64,000 bases of DNA from Mobula hypostoma. Taxonomy: Eukaryota. Every line of letters begins with the position of its first letter. Within the stretch, counting starts at the first letter, position 1. This document shows positions 23,340 to 34,070 of the stretch, piece by piece. The stretch spans positions 93,808,001 through 93,872,000 of the forward strand of contig NC_086108.1 in assembly GCF_963921235.1 (NCBI RefSeq), given 5' to 3'. A program made the position numbers and the translations under genes. The notes under the pieces are model-generated. The model made no database searches. It was not told the DNA's origin and saw only the letters and a list, made by a program, of their open reading frames with translations.

Positions 23340-25710
23340 GACCATAAGACAAAGGAGCACAAGTCGGCCATTCGGCCCATGGAGTCTGCTCTGCCATTTT
23401 ATCATGAGCTGATCCATTCTCCCATTTAGTCCCACTCCCCTGCCTTCTCACCATAACCTTTGATGCCCTGGCTACTCAGAGACCTATCAATCTCTGCCTT
23501 AAATACACCCAATGACTTGGCCTCCACTGCCACCCGTGGCAACAAATTCCACAGATTCACCACCCTCTGACTAAAAAAATTTCTTCACATCTCTGTTCTG
23601 AATGGGCGCCCTTCAATCCTTAGGTCATGCCCTCTCGTACTAGACTCCCCCATCATAGGAAACAACTTTGCCACATCCACTCTGTCCATGCCTTTCAACA
23701 TTCAAAATGTTTCTATGAGGTCTCCCCTCATTCTTCTAAACTCCGAGGAATACAGTCCAAGAGCGGACAAACGTTCCTCATATGTTAACCCTCCCACTCC
23801 TGGAATCATTCTAGTGAATCTTCTCTGTACCCTCTCCAACGTCAGCACATCCTTTCTTAAATAAGGAGACCAACACTGCCCACAGTACTCCAAGTGAGGT
23901 CTCACCAGCGCCTTATAGAGCCTCAACGTCACATCCCTGCTCCTATACTCTACTCCTCTAGAAATGAAAGTCAACATTGCATTCGCCTTCTTCACCAGTG
24001 ACTCAACCTGGAGGTTAACCTTAAGGGTATCCTGTACGAGGACTCCCAAGTCCCATTGCATCTCAGAACTTTGAATTCTCTCCCCATTTAAATAATAGTC
24101 TGCCCATTTATTTCTTCTGCCAAAGTGCATAACCATACACTTTCCAACATTGTATTTCATTTGCCACTTCTTTGCCCATTCTTCCAATCTATCCAAGTCT
24201 CTCTGCAGACTCTCTGTTTCCTCAGCACTACCGGCCTCTCCACCTATCTTCATATCATCAGCAAACTTAGCCACAAAGCCATCTATTCCATAATCCAAAT
24301 CGTTGATGTACAATGTAAAAAGAAGTTGCCCCAACACGGACCCCTGTGGAACACCACTGGTAACCGACAGCCAACTAGAATAGGATCCCTTTATTCTCAC
24401 TCTCTGTTTCCTGCCAATCAGCCAATGCTCTATCCACATATGTAACTTTCCCGTAATTCCATGGGCTCTTATCTTGTTAAGTAGCCTCATGTGTGGCACC
24501 TTGTCAAAGCCCTTCTGAAAATCCAAATATACAACATCCACTGCAAACAACAGGAATACTGCAGATGCTGGAAATTCAAGCAACATACATCAAAGTTGCT
24601 GGTGAATGCAGCAGGCCAAGCAGCATCTATAGGAAGAGGCGCAGTCGACGTTTCAGGCCTCTTCCTATAGATGCTGCTTGGCCTGCTGCGTTCACCAGCA
24701 ACTTTGATGTATGTTGCTTGAACATCCACTGCATCTCCCTTGTCTAGCCTACTTGTAATTTCCTCAAAAAATTGTAATAGGTTTGTCAGGCAGGACTTTC
24801 CCTTAAGGAATCCATGCTGAGTTCTGCCTATCTTGTCATATGCCTCCAGGTACTCTGTAACCTCATCCTTGACAATCGACTCCAACAACTTCCCAACCAC
24901 CGATGTCAAGCTAACAGGTCTATAATTTCCTTTTTGCTTCCTTGCCCACTTCTTAAATAGCGGAGTGACATTTGCAGTCTTCCAGTCCTCCGGAACCATG
25001 CCAGAATCTATCGACTTTTGAAAGCTCATCGCTAATGCCTCCGCAATCTCCACAGCTACTTCCTTCAGAACACGAGGGTGCATTCCATCTGGTCCAGGAA
25101 ATTTATCTACCTTTAGACTATTCAACTTCCTGAGTACTTTCTCTGTCGTAATTGTGACTGCGCACACTTCTCTTCCTTGCCAACCTTGAGTGTCTGGTAT
25201 ACTGCTGATGTCTTCCTCAGTGAAGACTGATGCAAAATACTCGTTCAGTTCCTCTGCCATCTCCTTCTCTCCCATTACAATTTCTCCAGTATCATTTTCT
25301 ATCGGTCCTATATCTACTCTCACCTGTCTTTTACTCTTTATATACTTGAAAAAGCTTTTAGTATCCTCTTTGATATTAATTTCTAGCTTCCTTTCATAGT
25401 TAATCTTTTCCCTCTTAATGACCTTCGTAGTTTCCTTTTGTAAGCTTTTAAAAACTTCCCAATCCTCTGTCTTCCCACTAATTTTTGCTTCCTTGTATGC
25501 CCTCTCCTTTGCTTTAACTTTGGCTTTGACTTCTCTTGTCAGCCACGGTTGCATCCTTTATCCATTCGAAAATTTCTTCTTTTCTGGAATATGCCTGTCT
25601 TGCACCTTCCTCACTTCTCGCATAAACTCCAGCCACTGCTGCTCTGCCGTCCGTCCCACCAGTGTCCCTTTCCAGTCAACTTTGGTCAGTTCCTCTCTCA
25701 TGCCACTATA
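23340..25710 (-). mobile_element. Young 5'-truncated CR1 LINE (RT nearly intact), split by a PLE fold-back
   Basis: ORFs 24487-25554 and 23702-24586 rejoin as DKGDAVDV|VYLDFQKGFDK once the insert is removed. Motifs GVPQGSVLG and FADD are present. Confidence 0.95.
24546..24720. mobile_element. 175-bp PLE terminal fold-back insertion
   Basis: 13-bp TSD aacatccactgca (24533-24545, 24721-24733). Two inverted copies of the pLTR end. Confidence 0.9.
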
Positions 25711-26486
25711 ATTAAATGGAACTGTTGAACTATTGACAACCTTTATTCAAGATATAAATTTATAAAACACTTTTGTGCTCCCTATCAAGTTACCGGCTAA
25801 TCTATCCTCATTTACAGACACAAGAGGATCTGCAGATGCTGGAAATGTTGAGCGACACACACAAAGCACTGTATGAACACGGGCGTCATTCAGTCTTTGA
25901 ATCTCGTATTTCTCTTTCAACTCCGCTCTGTGTTTATGCCTGCCGCTCCACTTTAACACCAGCCTGACATTCATCCAAACCCTATTTTTCTCTTTCATCT
26001 TAATCTTCAAATCTCCATTTATCCATGGAGCTTTAGCTCTGGATGCCCTTCTCAGTAATGAGGCTGGACCCGAACCATCTTATCTTCAAGTGCTTCCCAT
26101 CGCTCATTCTCTGTTTTCCTGCATTTCCTGGGGCTTTGTCTGAATATCAGGTTTCACTGGGTACATCCTCATTGTTAAATTTATACTGAAGGGCAGCTAG
26201 TGGAGGAATCAGTATCCCAGATCCAGGAATTGTCATCGATGTAAAATGGAATGGTGCGAAATAATTTACAGGCTCCCATACCAAACCAGGTTCCCATTGC
26301 ACGGCTTTAGTAAAGTGAATAAGCTTTTCTGCATTAAGAAGACTGATCTAGTAAAAAAGAACATGCGTCTTGACAGGAGGACTTGATAGGAGTCTTGATG
26401 GGAAACAAATGGATAAATTAAAAGCAAGCAATTGTCAAATTATTTTTTAAAAATTCACTAGAACTATTGCTACAGATATGACTTAC

Positions 26487-26538
26487 ATGATTTATGGAAC
26501 ATAGATTTTATTTCTCCAACTGTCGCATTTGGTTCGAC
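26487..26538 (-). CDS. TECR: TECR-family exon 2, 52 nt (VEPNATVGEIKSMFHKS+T)
   Basis: Acceptor ctctcactcag and donor gtaagt. The peptide matches TECR VEPHATIAEIKNLFTKT and is in frame with both neighbours. Confidence 0.95.
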
Positions 26539-27093
26539 CTGAGTGAGAGGCAAATGGAATATGTTCAGTATTTGTTCATTACTGAAATCTGTTCAGTGCT
26601 AAATAAAATACATTCAGTAACACTGCTTACGAGAAACCCCATGAGGGAAAGAGTGTGGCTTTTACAACTGCAGTTTTATGAGGAAGCATTTAAGTGAGCT
26701 GCACATGACCCAGGAATGCACTTTTACCCACCAAGGATATAAATATGTGTTAATATGACATTTTAATCCCAGGCAGCCTCACAGCACTGAAAGTGGCTCC
26801 CATTGCCTTGCAACAAAGTCATTTACGAAAGCAATGACTCCGAACATGATTCTTTATTCACCTTACATTCGTTGGCCGTCATTAAAAAGTTATTCTTCAA
26901 AGCTATTGGGAATTTTACATGAGATAAAATTTAGCGGGATCCTCAATAAATGCGCCACCTATTAAAGACTGCATGAGTTAGATGCTTGAAGCTGCAAAGC
27001 TGAGTATTTTTTTAAAAGAAAACCTTAATAACGTAAGAGTTTTTTAAGCTACAATGGTACCCAAGACACATTTTTAGACGTTTAAGCTCTCAC

Positions 27094-27288
27094 CTTGTCC
27101 AGGAAGCAGAGTTGTTCTTTGTTCTTGGCATCTAGGATTTCCACCTCAAAGAAAACAAATGATTTTACTTTTTTAGCTGAGGTTGAGGAATCTCTTGACT
27201 GCAGTGTAACATTAGGAGTAACTGTTTTCTTTTTGAAACTAGACGCAGTGAATACAGTAGATAAGTCGATGGTCTGCAGTGATGCCAT
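27094..27288 (-). CDS. TECR: TECR-family enoyl-CoA reductase, first coding exon (MASLQTID...FFEVEILDAKNKEQLCFLDK)
   Basis: EVEILDAKNKEQLCFLDK matches the TECR N-terminal motif EVEILDAKTREKLCFLDK. It is followed by donor GTGAGA (phase 0). The ATG at 27288 has a strong context (aaaacaATGG); an in-frame upstream ATG exists at 27384. Paralog identity (TECR vs tecrl2-type) is not resolved. Confidence 0.88.
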
Positions 27289-27736
27289 TGTTTTGCAACA
27301 GGCAGACGGGTGAATGGAAATGTTGCACAGAGGCACCAGCAGCCTGGATGTGAAGAAATTGGCAACTACGCATGTCCTTGACATTTCCACGACAATAATT
27401 GTAAGGGGGGAGTATGACAGCAGCCTGACAGAAGGACCCAACTGATGGAAATGTCCTTGTAATTTAATACTCCAGATAGCTTACTCCATCAGCCACATTT
27501 GTAGTAGAACAGATCCATTTCCTTCTCATCCAGCTGCTTCACTGCCCATACATTCATCCTTCAAACCAACACGAAGTTACAATCGCAGCAAACCATATTA
27601 TCAAAACAAATTCAGCCCCTTAAAAACTGGAGGTGTTTAATACGATGCAATTAAACAAGAGCATACCACACATTCCAAAATATCTAGCATTGTGAGACTG
27701 AATATCCTATGTCAACACGCATCTCCTCACGTTACT

Positions 27737-29051
27737 CCCTCCGTGGCCACTTTGTTGGGTACCTCCTGCAGCTAATAGAGTGGCCACTGAGAGTACATTC
27801 GTGGTCTTGCACTGCAGTAGCCTGTCCACTTCAAGGTTCAATTAGATTAGATTAGATTATGAGGACACGCAGTCCTCTTTTATTGTCATTTAGTAATGCA
27901 TGTATCAAGAAATGATACAATTTGTTCCTCCAGAATGATATCACAGAAACACAAGACAAACCAAGACTAAAAAAACTGACAAAAACCACATAATTGTAAC
28001 ATATAGTTACAACAGTGCAAAGCAATACCATAATTTGATGAAGAACAGACCATGGGCACATAAAAGAAAGTCTCAAAGTCTCTCGAAAGTCCCATCATCT
28101 CATGCAGACGATTGAAGGGAGAATCTCCCTTCCATGAGCTTCCAGCGCCGCAAACTTGCCGATGCAGCATCCTGGAAGCACCCGACCACAGTCCGATCCC
28201 GAGCCCGTCCGAAAACTTCGAGCCTCCGACCAGCCCTCCGACACCGAGCACCATCTCTGCCGAGCGCTTCGACCCCGGCCCCGGCAACAGGCAATAGGCA
28301 AAGCTGAGGATTTGGGGCCTTCCCCTCCAGAGATTCTCGATCAAACAGTAGCAGCGGCAGTGAAGCAGGCATTTCAGAAGTTTCTCCAGATGTTCCTCCG
28401 TGCTTCTTCACGTCTGCCTCCATCAATCAGGATTGCGCACGGCATCCTACTTCACAAATACGTTATCATTCAGAGCGGCTGCGCACGCTGCGTCGCGCCA
28501 CCATCTTCTCCTCCCCTCCCAGCCTCCCTCAATGCATTGTGCATTCAGAGATGTTCTTCTGCACATCACTGTCGTTTGTTCCAGATACAGTAAGACCATA
28601 AGACGCAGGAGCAGAGTTAGGCATTTCAGTCAGCCATGTCTCCCCCTCTCCAGTGCAATACATCCTTCCTGTCAGCTTGAACCAGTATGGCCAGGCTCAT
28701 CTGACCTCTCTCATTAACTAGGAATTTTCTGCCACAGAATTGCTACTCACTGGATTTTTTTTTTTTGTTTTTCACACCATTCTCTGTAAACTCTAGAGAC
28801 TGTTGTGCGTGAAAATCCCTGAAGATCAGCAGTTTCTGAGATACTCAAACCACCCCATCTGGCACCAATGATAATTCCACAGTCAAGGTCACTTAGATCA
28901 CATTTCTTTCCCTTTCTGATATTTTGAACTGAACCTCTTGACCATGTCTGCATGCTTTTATGCATCGAGTTGCAGCCACATGCTTGGTTGATTAGATATT
29001 TGCAATAACAAGCAGGTGTACAGGTGTACCTAATAAAGTGGCCACGAAGTG
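27737..29051 (-). mobile_element. Tc1-family non-autonomous element with transposase N-terminal remnant
   Basis: TIRs gtggccactttgttgggtacc / ggtgtacctaataaagtggccac followed by TA. ORF 28747-28965 encodes KGKKCDLSDLDCGIIIGARWGGLSISETADLQGFSRTTVSRVYREW (Tc1 HTH). Confidence 0.85.
27843..28528 (-). mobile_element. Non-autonomous LINE-derived element nested in the Tc1 element
   Basis: CpG-rich 5' end gagaagatggtggcgcgac, aataaa, and a (ttaga)n tail at 27842-27860. Short duplication tcaat at both ends. Confidence 0.65.
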
Positions 29052-29126
29052 TATAAACGAACTAATGTTTTACATGAGTTGGACAGTAAAATTCTAAAGG
29101 CCTTTGGTCTAAGGACAAGATAGCAC

Positions 29127-29762
29127 TGTACGGAGTTTCTTCTTTGTTATGTTAAATTTTAAATGGCTTCTTTGTTAAATTAATCTTTTAAACTGCTGCG
29201 TATGTGGATTAAAATGGCTTCTATGTTATGTTAAATGCTGAGAAAGTCACCAGCTAGACATTTGCTTGGGTTAATACAGATAGCAGAGGTACTATTAGCC
29301 AATGGGTGTCCATATTATTCTTTCCTGGGGTGCTATGCTGTCTCATATGACTGGGAACCGGGGGCTTTTGGCAGGGAGTCAGAGGAGAGACCGTGAGGAC
29401 AACGGACGTGTGGGAAGGCTCAGCTTGATCACTCCAAGTGGTCCCGAGCCGCAAGTCGATGGGCTCCGGGTGGTCCCGAAGAGGGTCCTGAGCTCCAACG
29501 TGTGCACGAAGAAATTGAACTTTGATAAGCCTGGCGCCTTTTTCATTCCCTTTCTCTGTATTGAACTTATGTTAATTTCGTAGACTTAGTAATATCTACA
29601 AAGTGTACTTGGTGAAATGTACTGTGTGTGCTGGCTGATGGTTGATGTTTGGAACTGATTTCGGTGGCAGTGGTACAGCAACCGACGTAACCGGGAGCGG
29701 TCAGGCGGCGCCGGACGGGATTTCCCCTGGATATATACCAGCCAATATAGCTGAGCCTTACA
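29127..29762. mobile_element. Solo LTR (636 bp)
   Basis: Termini TGTAcgg...cctTACA, 4-bp TSD gcac (29123-29126, 29763-29766), internal CCAAT box. Confidence 0.75.
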
Positions 29763-29935
29763 GCACTAAAATGAAAAAGGAGATTCATATTTGATATGAA
29801 GATAATTGTTTGCAGATATTTAAATGTGACCTAGAAATTGAAAAATCAGATCTTTCTCTCAGATGCATTTGCGAATTATTTTGTAAAGAGTCCAGGGTGA
29901 CTTTTACAGCGTGTGTATGTGAAACATGGGTAAGA

Positions 29936-30212
29936 GCGGTACACACACATCAAACACCGACCTTCTACCAATACACTGGTCCCTGTATAATACCCGCAGT
30001 ACACACACATCAAACTCGACCTCCTACCAATACACTGGTCCCTGTACAATACCCGCAGTACACACACATCAAACACCGACCTCCTGCCAATACACTGGTC
30101 CCTGTACAATACCCGCAGTTCACACACATTAAACACTGACCTCCTGCCAATACACTGGTCTCTGTACAATACCCGCAGTACACACACATCAAACACCGAC
30201 CTCCTGCCAATA
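29936..30212. repeat. ~60-bp minisatellite, ~4.5 copies
   Basis: Unit acacacacatcaaacaccgacctcctgccaatacactggtccctgtacaatacccgcagt is repeated in tandem. Confidence 0.95.
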
Positions 30213-30450
30213 TACAATCTCTGGCTTTACTGCAGTGTTACATTTCAGATTCAGATTCATTTCTCACACGTACATGGAAACAGACAGTGAAATGTGTTAA
30301 CCAACAACACACCTGAGGGTGTGCTGCGGACAGCCCACAAATGCCACCACACATTGTTGTGCTAACACGGCATGCCTATGAACAACACAGAACACAACAA
30401 GTAACAAAACAACAACAGCAAAATAAGCCCCTTTCTTCCCTCCCACTCAT

Positions 30451-30451
<1 letters not shown>

Positions 30452-30481
<30 letters not shown>
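30452..30481. repeat. (CA)n microsatellite
   Basis: Direct dinucleotide run. Confidence 0.95.
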
Positions 30482-30485
<4 letters not shown>

Positions 30486-30737
30486 GTCCTCCAGCCCCAA
30501 GACGGGCCTCCAGGCTCCACATTTCAGATATCAGGCATCAACTTCCAGACTTCTGATCGATCTTCAAGCTTCAGTCTTCGGTTTTGAACCCTGAGCTAGC
30601 CAATGGCACAACCTGGAACTTCAGGCCTTGAAACCCAGGCTCTCTGCCTCACCGTATCTTTGGGTACTTTATGACTATGGTTCTATTTAACACTCCCAAA
30701 AACAATTTTATAACATCTCTAATACAGTAACCAGACA

Positions 30738-31110
30738 GCAGGGTGGAGATACCGCTCTACCAAAGGAGGTGTAAGGCACTCCTTCCCTCCGCTAGCCTGC
30801 AGGTCACCCTTGGGCAAGGTGTAGCCCCTAATTAGCCACCCCCCCCCCGATCAGGGTCACGTGGAGCCATGGGAGTAGGTGGTGGATGGTCGAATGAGCA
30901 GCTGGTGCTCCTGGTCATGTGACCACCAACACCGGGGAGACCAACTCTGAAGAATATTGGTAATGGCTAGGGTCACCGGTCTTCCAAAGACACTGACCAG
31001 AAGACGACAATGGCAAACCACTCCTGTAGAAAGATTTGCCAAGACCATTCATGGTCATGGAAAGACCATGATCGCCCATGTCATACGGCATGGCACATAA
31101 TGATGATGAT
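30738..31110 (+). mobile_element. Short RTE-related non-autonomous retroposon
   Basis: Ends ggcacataatgatgatgatg with a (tga)n tail; a second partial copy lies at ~34988-35220. Confidence 0.6.
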
Positions 31111-31269
31111 GCACACAGTAAAACATCCCATGTGGAAGATCAATCGAATAAAACTTGGCACTTATTAAAACAAATATTAAGCAATATTGTGGTAAGTAAG
31201 AAAAAAATGATCAAGGGGGAGATTTTAAAGAGCACCTTAAAGAAAGGGAGAGTAAGGTACAGTAATACC

Positions 31270-32526
31270 TTACTTACATAATTTTTTGAGGATGTAACTA
31301 GTAGAGTGGATAGGGGAGAACCAGTGGATGTGGTACATTTGGATTTTCAAAAGGCTTTTGACGAGGTCCCACACAGGATTAGTGTGCAAACTTAAAGCAC
31401 ACGGTATTGGGGGTAAGGTATTGATGTGGATAGAGAATTGGTTGGCAGACAGGAAGCAAAGAGTGGGAATAAACGGGACCTTTTCAGAATGGCAGGCAGT
31501 GACTAGTGGGGTACCGCAAGGCTCAGTGCTGGGACCCCAGTTGTTTACAATATATATTAATGATTTAGACGAGGGAATTAAATGCAGCATCTCCAAGTTT
31601 GCGGATGACACGAAGCTGGGCGACAGTGTTAGCTGTGAGGAGGATGCTAAGAGGATGCAGGGTGACTTGGATAGGTTAGGTGAGTGGGCAAATTCATGGC
31701 AGATGAAATTTAATGTGGATAAGTGTGAAGTTATCCACTTTGGTGGCAAAAACAGGAAAACAGATTATTATCTGAATGGTAGCCGATGAGGAAAAGGGGA
31801 GGTGCAATGAGACCTGGGTGTCATTGTACACCAGTCATTGAAAGTGGGCATGCAGGTACAGCAGGTGGTGAAAAAGGCGAATGGTATGCTGGCATTTATA
31901 GCGAGAGGATTCGAGTACAGGAGCAGGGAGGTTCTACTGCAGTTGTGCAAGGCCTTGGTGAGACCACACCTGGAGTATTGTGTGCAGTTTTGGTCCCCTA
32001 ATCTGAGGAAAGACATTCTTGCAATAGAGGGAGTACAAAGAAGGTTCACCAGATTGATTCCTGGGATGGCAGGACTTTCATATGATGAAAGACTGGATCG
32101 ACTAGGCTTATACTCTCTGGAATTTAGAAGATTGAGGGGGGATCTTATTGAAATGTATAAAATTCTAAAGGGATTAGACAGGCTAGATGTAGGAAGATTG
32201 TTCCCAATGTTGGGGAAGTCCAGAACGAGGGGTCACAATTTGAGGATAAAGGGGAAGCCTCTTAGGACTGAGATGAAGAAAAACTTCTTCACACAGAGAG
32301 TGGTGAATCTGTGGAATTCTCTGCCACAGGAAACAGTTGAGGCCAGTTCATTGGCTATATTTAAGAGGGAGTTAGATACGGCCCTTGTGGCTAAAGGGAT
32401 CAGGGGGTATGGAGAGAAGGCAGGTACAGGGTTCTGAGTTGGATGATCAGCCATGATCGTACTGAATGGTGGTACAGGCTCGAAGGGCTGGATGACCTAC
32501 TCCTGCACCTATTTTCTATGTTTCTA
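31270..32526 (+). mobile_element. Young 5'-truncated CR1 LINE
   Basis: ORFs 31328-31789 (GVPQGSVLGP...FADDTKL) and 31838-32437 (LVRPHLEYCVQFWSP); ttctatgtttcta tail. Confidence 0.95.
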
Positions 32527-32647
32527 ATAGAAACAGGCTTATTGTCATTGACATAGGTCATGATATGTATTGTTTGTTGAGACTGTGGAGTGCAAACATA
32601 AAAGTTACTGGAAGTTGCAAAGTAAATAGTGCAAATGATGAATATTA

Positions 32648-33222
32648 AATGATAACAAAAACTTTGACGAACTTCTATAGATGTGTAGTGGAGGGTGTGT
32701 TGACTGGCTGCATCACAGCCTGTTATGGAAAGACCAATGCCTTTGAATGGAAAAATATACAAAGGGTAGTGGATTCAGCCCAGTACACCACAGGTAAAGC
32801 CCTCCCTACCACTGAGTACATCTACATGAAACATTGTCATACAAAGTCAGCATCCATCATCAGAGATCCTCGTCACCCAGGCGGTGCTCTTTTCTTGCTG
32901 CTGCCATCAGGAAGAAGGACTCGTATCATGGGGTCAAGAACAGCGACTACCCCTCAACCATCAGGCTCTTGAAAAAAGGGGGTAACTACACTCATCTATT
33001 GAGATGTTCTCACAGCCAATGATCTCACTTTAGGGACTCTTCATCTCGTTATCTCATATTCTTGTTATTTATTGCTATTTATTTATATTTGCATTTATAT
33101 AATTTGCTGTCTTCTGCATTCTGGTTACTGTTCTATAGATTTGCTGAGTGTGCCAGCAGGAAAATGAATCTCGGAGTTATATGTGGTGACATATATGTAC
33201 TCTGATAATAAATGTACTTTGA
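32648..33222 (+). mobile_element. Rex1/Babar-type LINE 3' fragment
   Basis: Encodes LTNFYRCVVEGVLTGCITACYG...IIRDPRHPGGALFLLLPSGRR. Confidence 0.82.
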
Positions 33223-33737
33223 ACTTAATTGAGTTCTTTGTAGTAAAATTTATATATGATTTACATTTTTTTGTGAATGCTGCTTATATGATGTGATGTG
33301 CCTTTGGCACTGCTGCTAGTGAGTTTTACACTGCATCTGTTGCACATATAACAATAATTTGAACTCTTATTTTTATTTTATTTGGAGATTCATCGCAGTA
33401 ACGTGTCCTTCTCGCCCAGGAAGCCCGTGCCACCCACTGCTAACCACACGTCATTGGAATGTGAGAGGAAACTGCGGCACCTGGGGGAAACCGATTGGTC
33501 ACAGGGAGAGCGATGGAAGCCGTTGGGGTGGGGAGGTCCAGGTTTCAGACCAAGTGACATTAGAGGAACAACTGATGCAGGGACACAAGAGATTCTGCAG
33601 GTGCTGGAGATCTTGAGCAACGCACACAAAATGTTGGTCATAGATTGTCATTTTTATTTAGGGATGCAGCACGATAAAAGGCCCTTGTGACCCACAGAGC
33701 TCACACCGCCCAATTACATCCGTGTGACCAATTAACC

Positions 33738-34070
33738 CCTCCAAGAGGACCACAACCTTGTCATTGGGTTTGGAGGCTTGTGTGCCTCAGTGACCTGGAG
33801 AGCTACGTTGACTGGAGTCAGGGCTTTATGCTTTGGCTCTTGGTAGGGTCACCAATGCCAAACAGGTCAAAGGGTAGAGGCCAGACCACGAGTGGCCCAC
33901 CGGTCCTCCAGGTTCAGGGTATCAACTCAGGGCGAACAACCCTGACCAGTAAAACAAAATTGTTATGGAAATAACAATGAAGAATCCTTCTACATCTGTG
34001 TGTGAGGGTATGGACAGATGGAGATGGAGGACCTTCATCGCTGCCCTAAATGCCAGTGGCATAACAGGTA
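33738..34070 (+). mobile_element. Bipartite RTE-derived non-autonomous element (copies also at 47198-47595 + and 62455-62870 -)
   Basis: RTE-type 5' UTR (accttgtc...ggaggcttgtgtgcctcagtgacc...gagagcta) is fused to an RTE 3' end (WRTFIAALNASG). Three clearly alignable copies. Confidence 0.7.
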
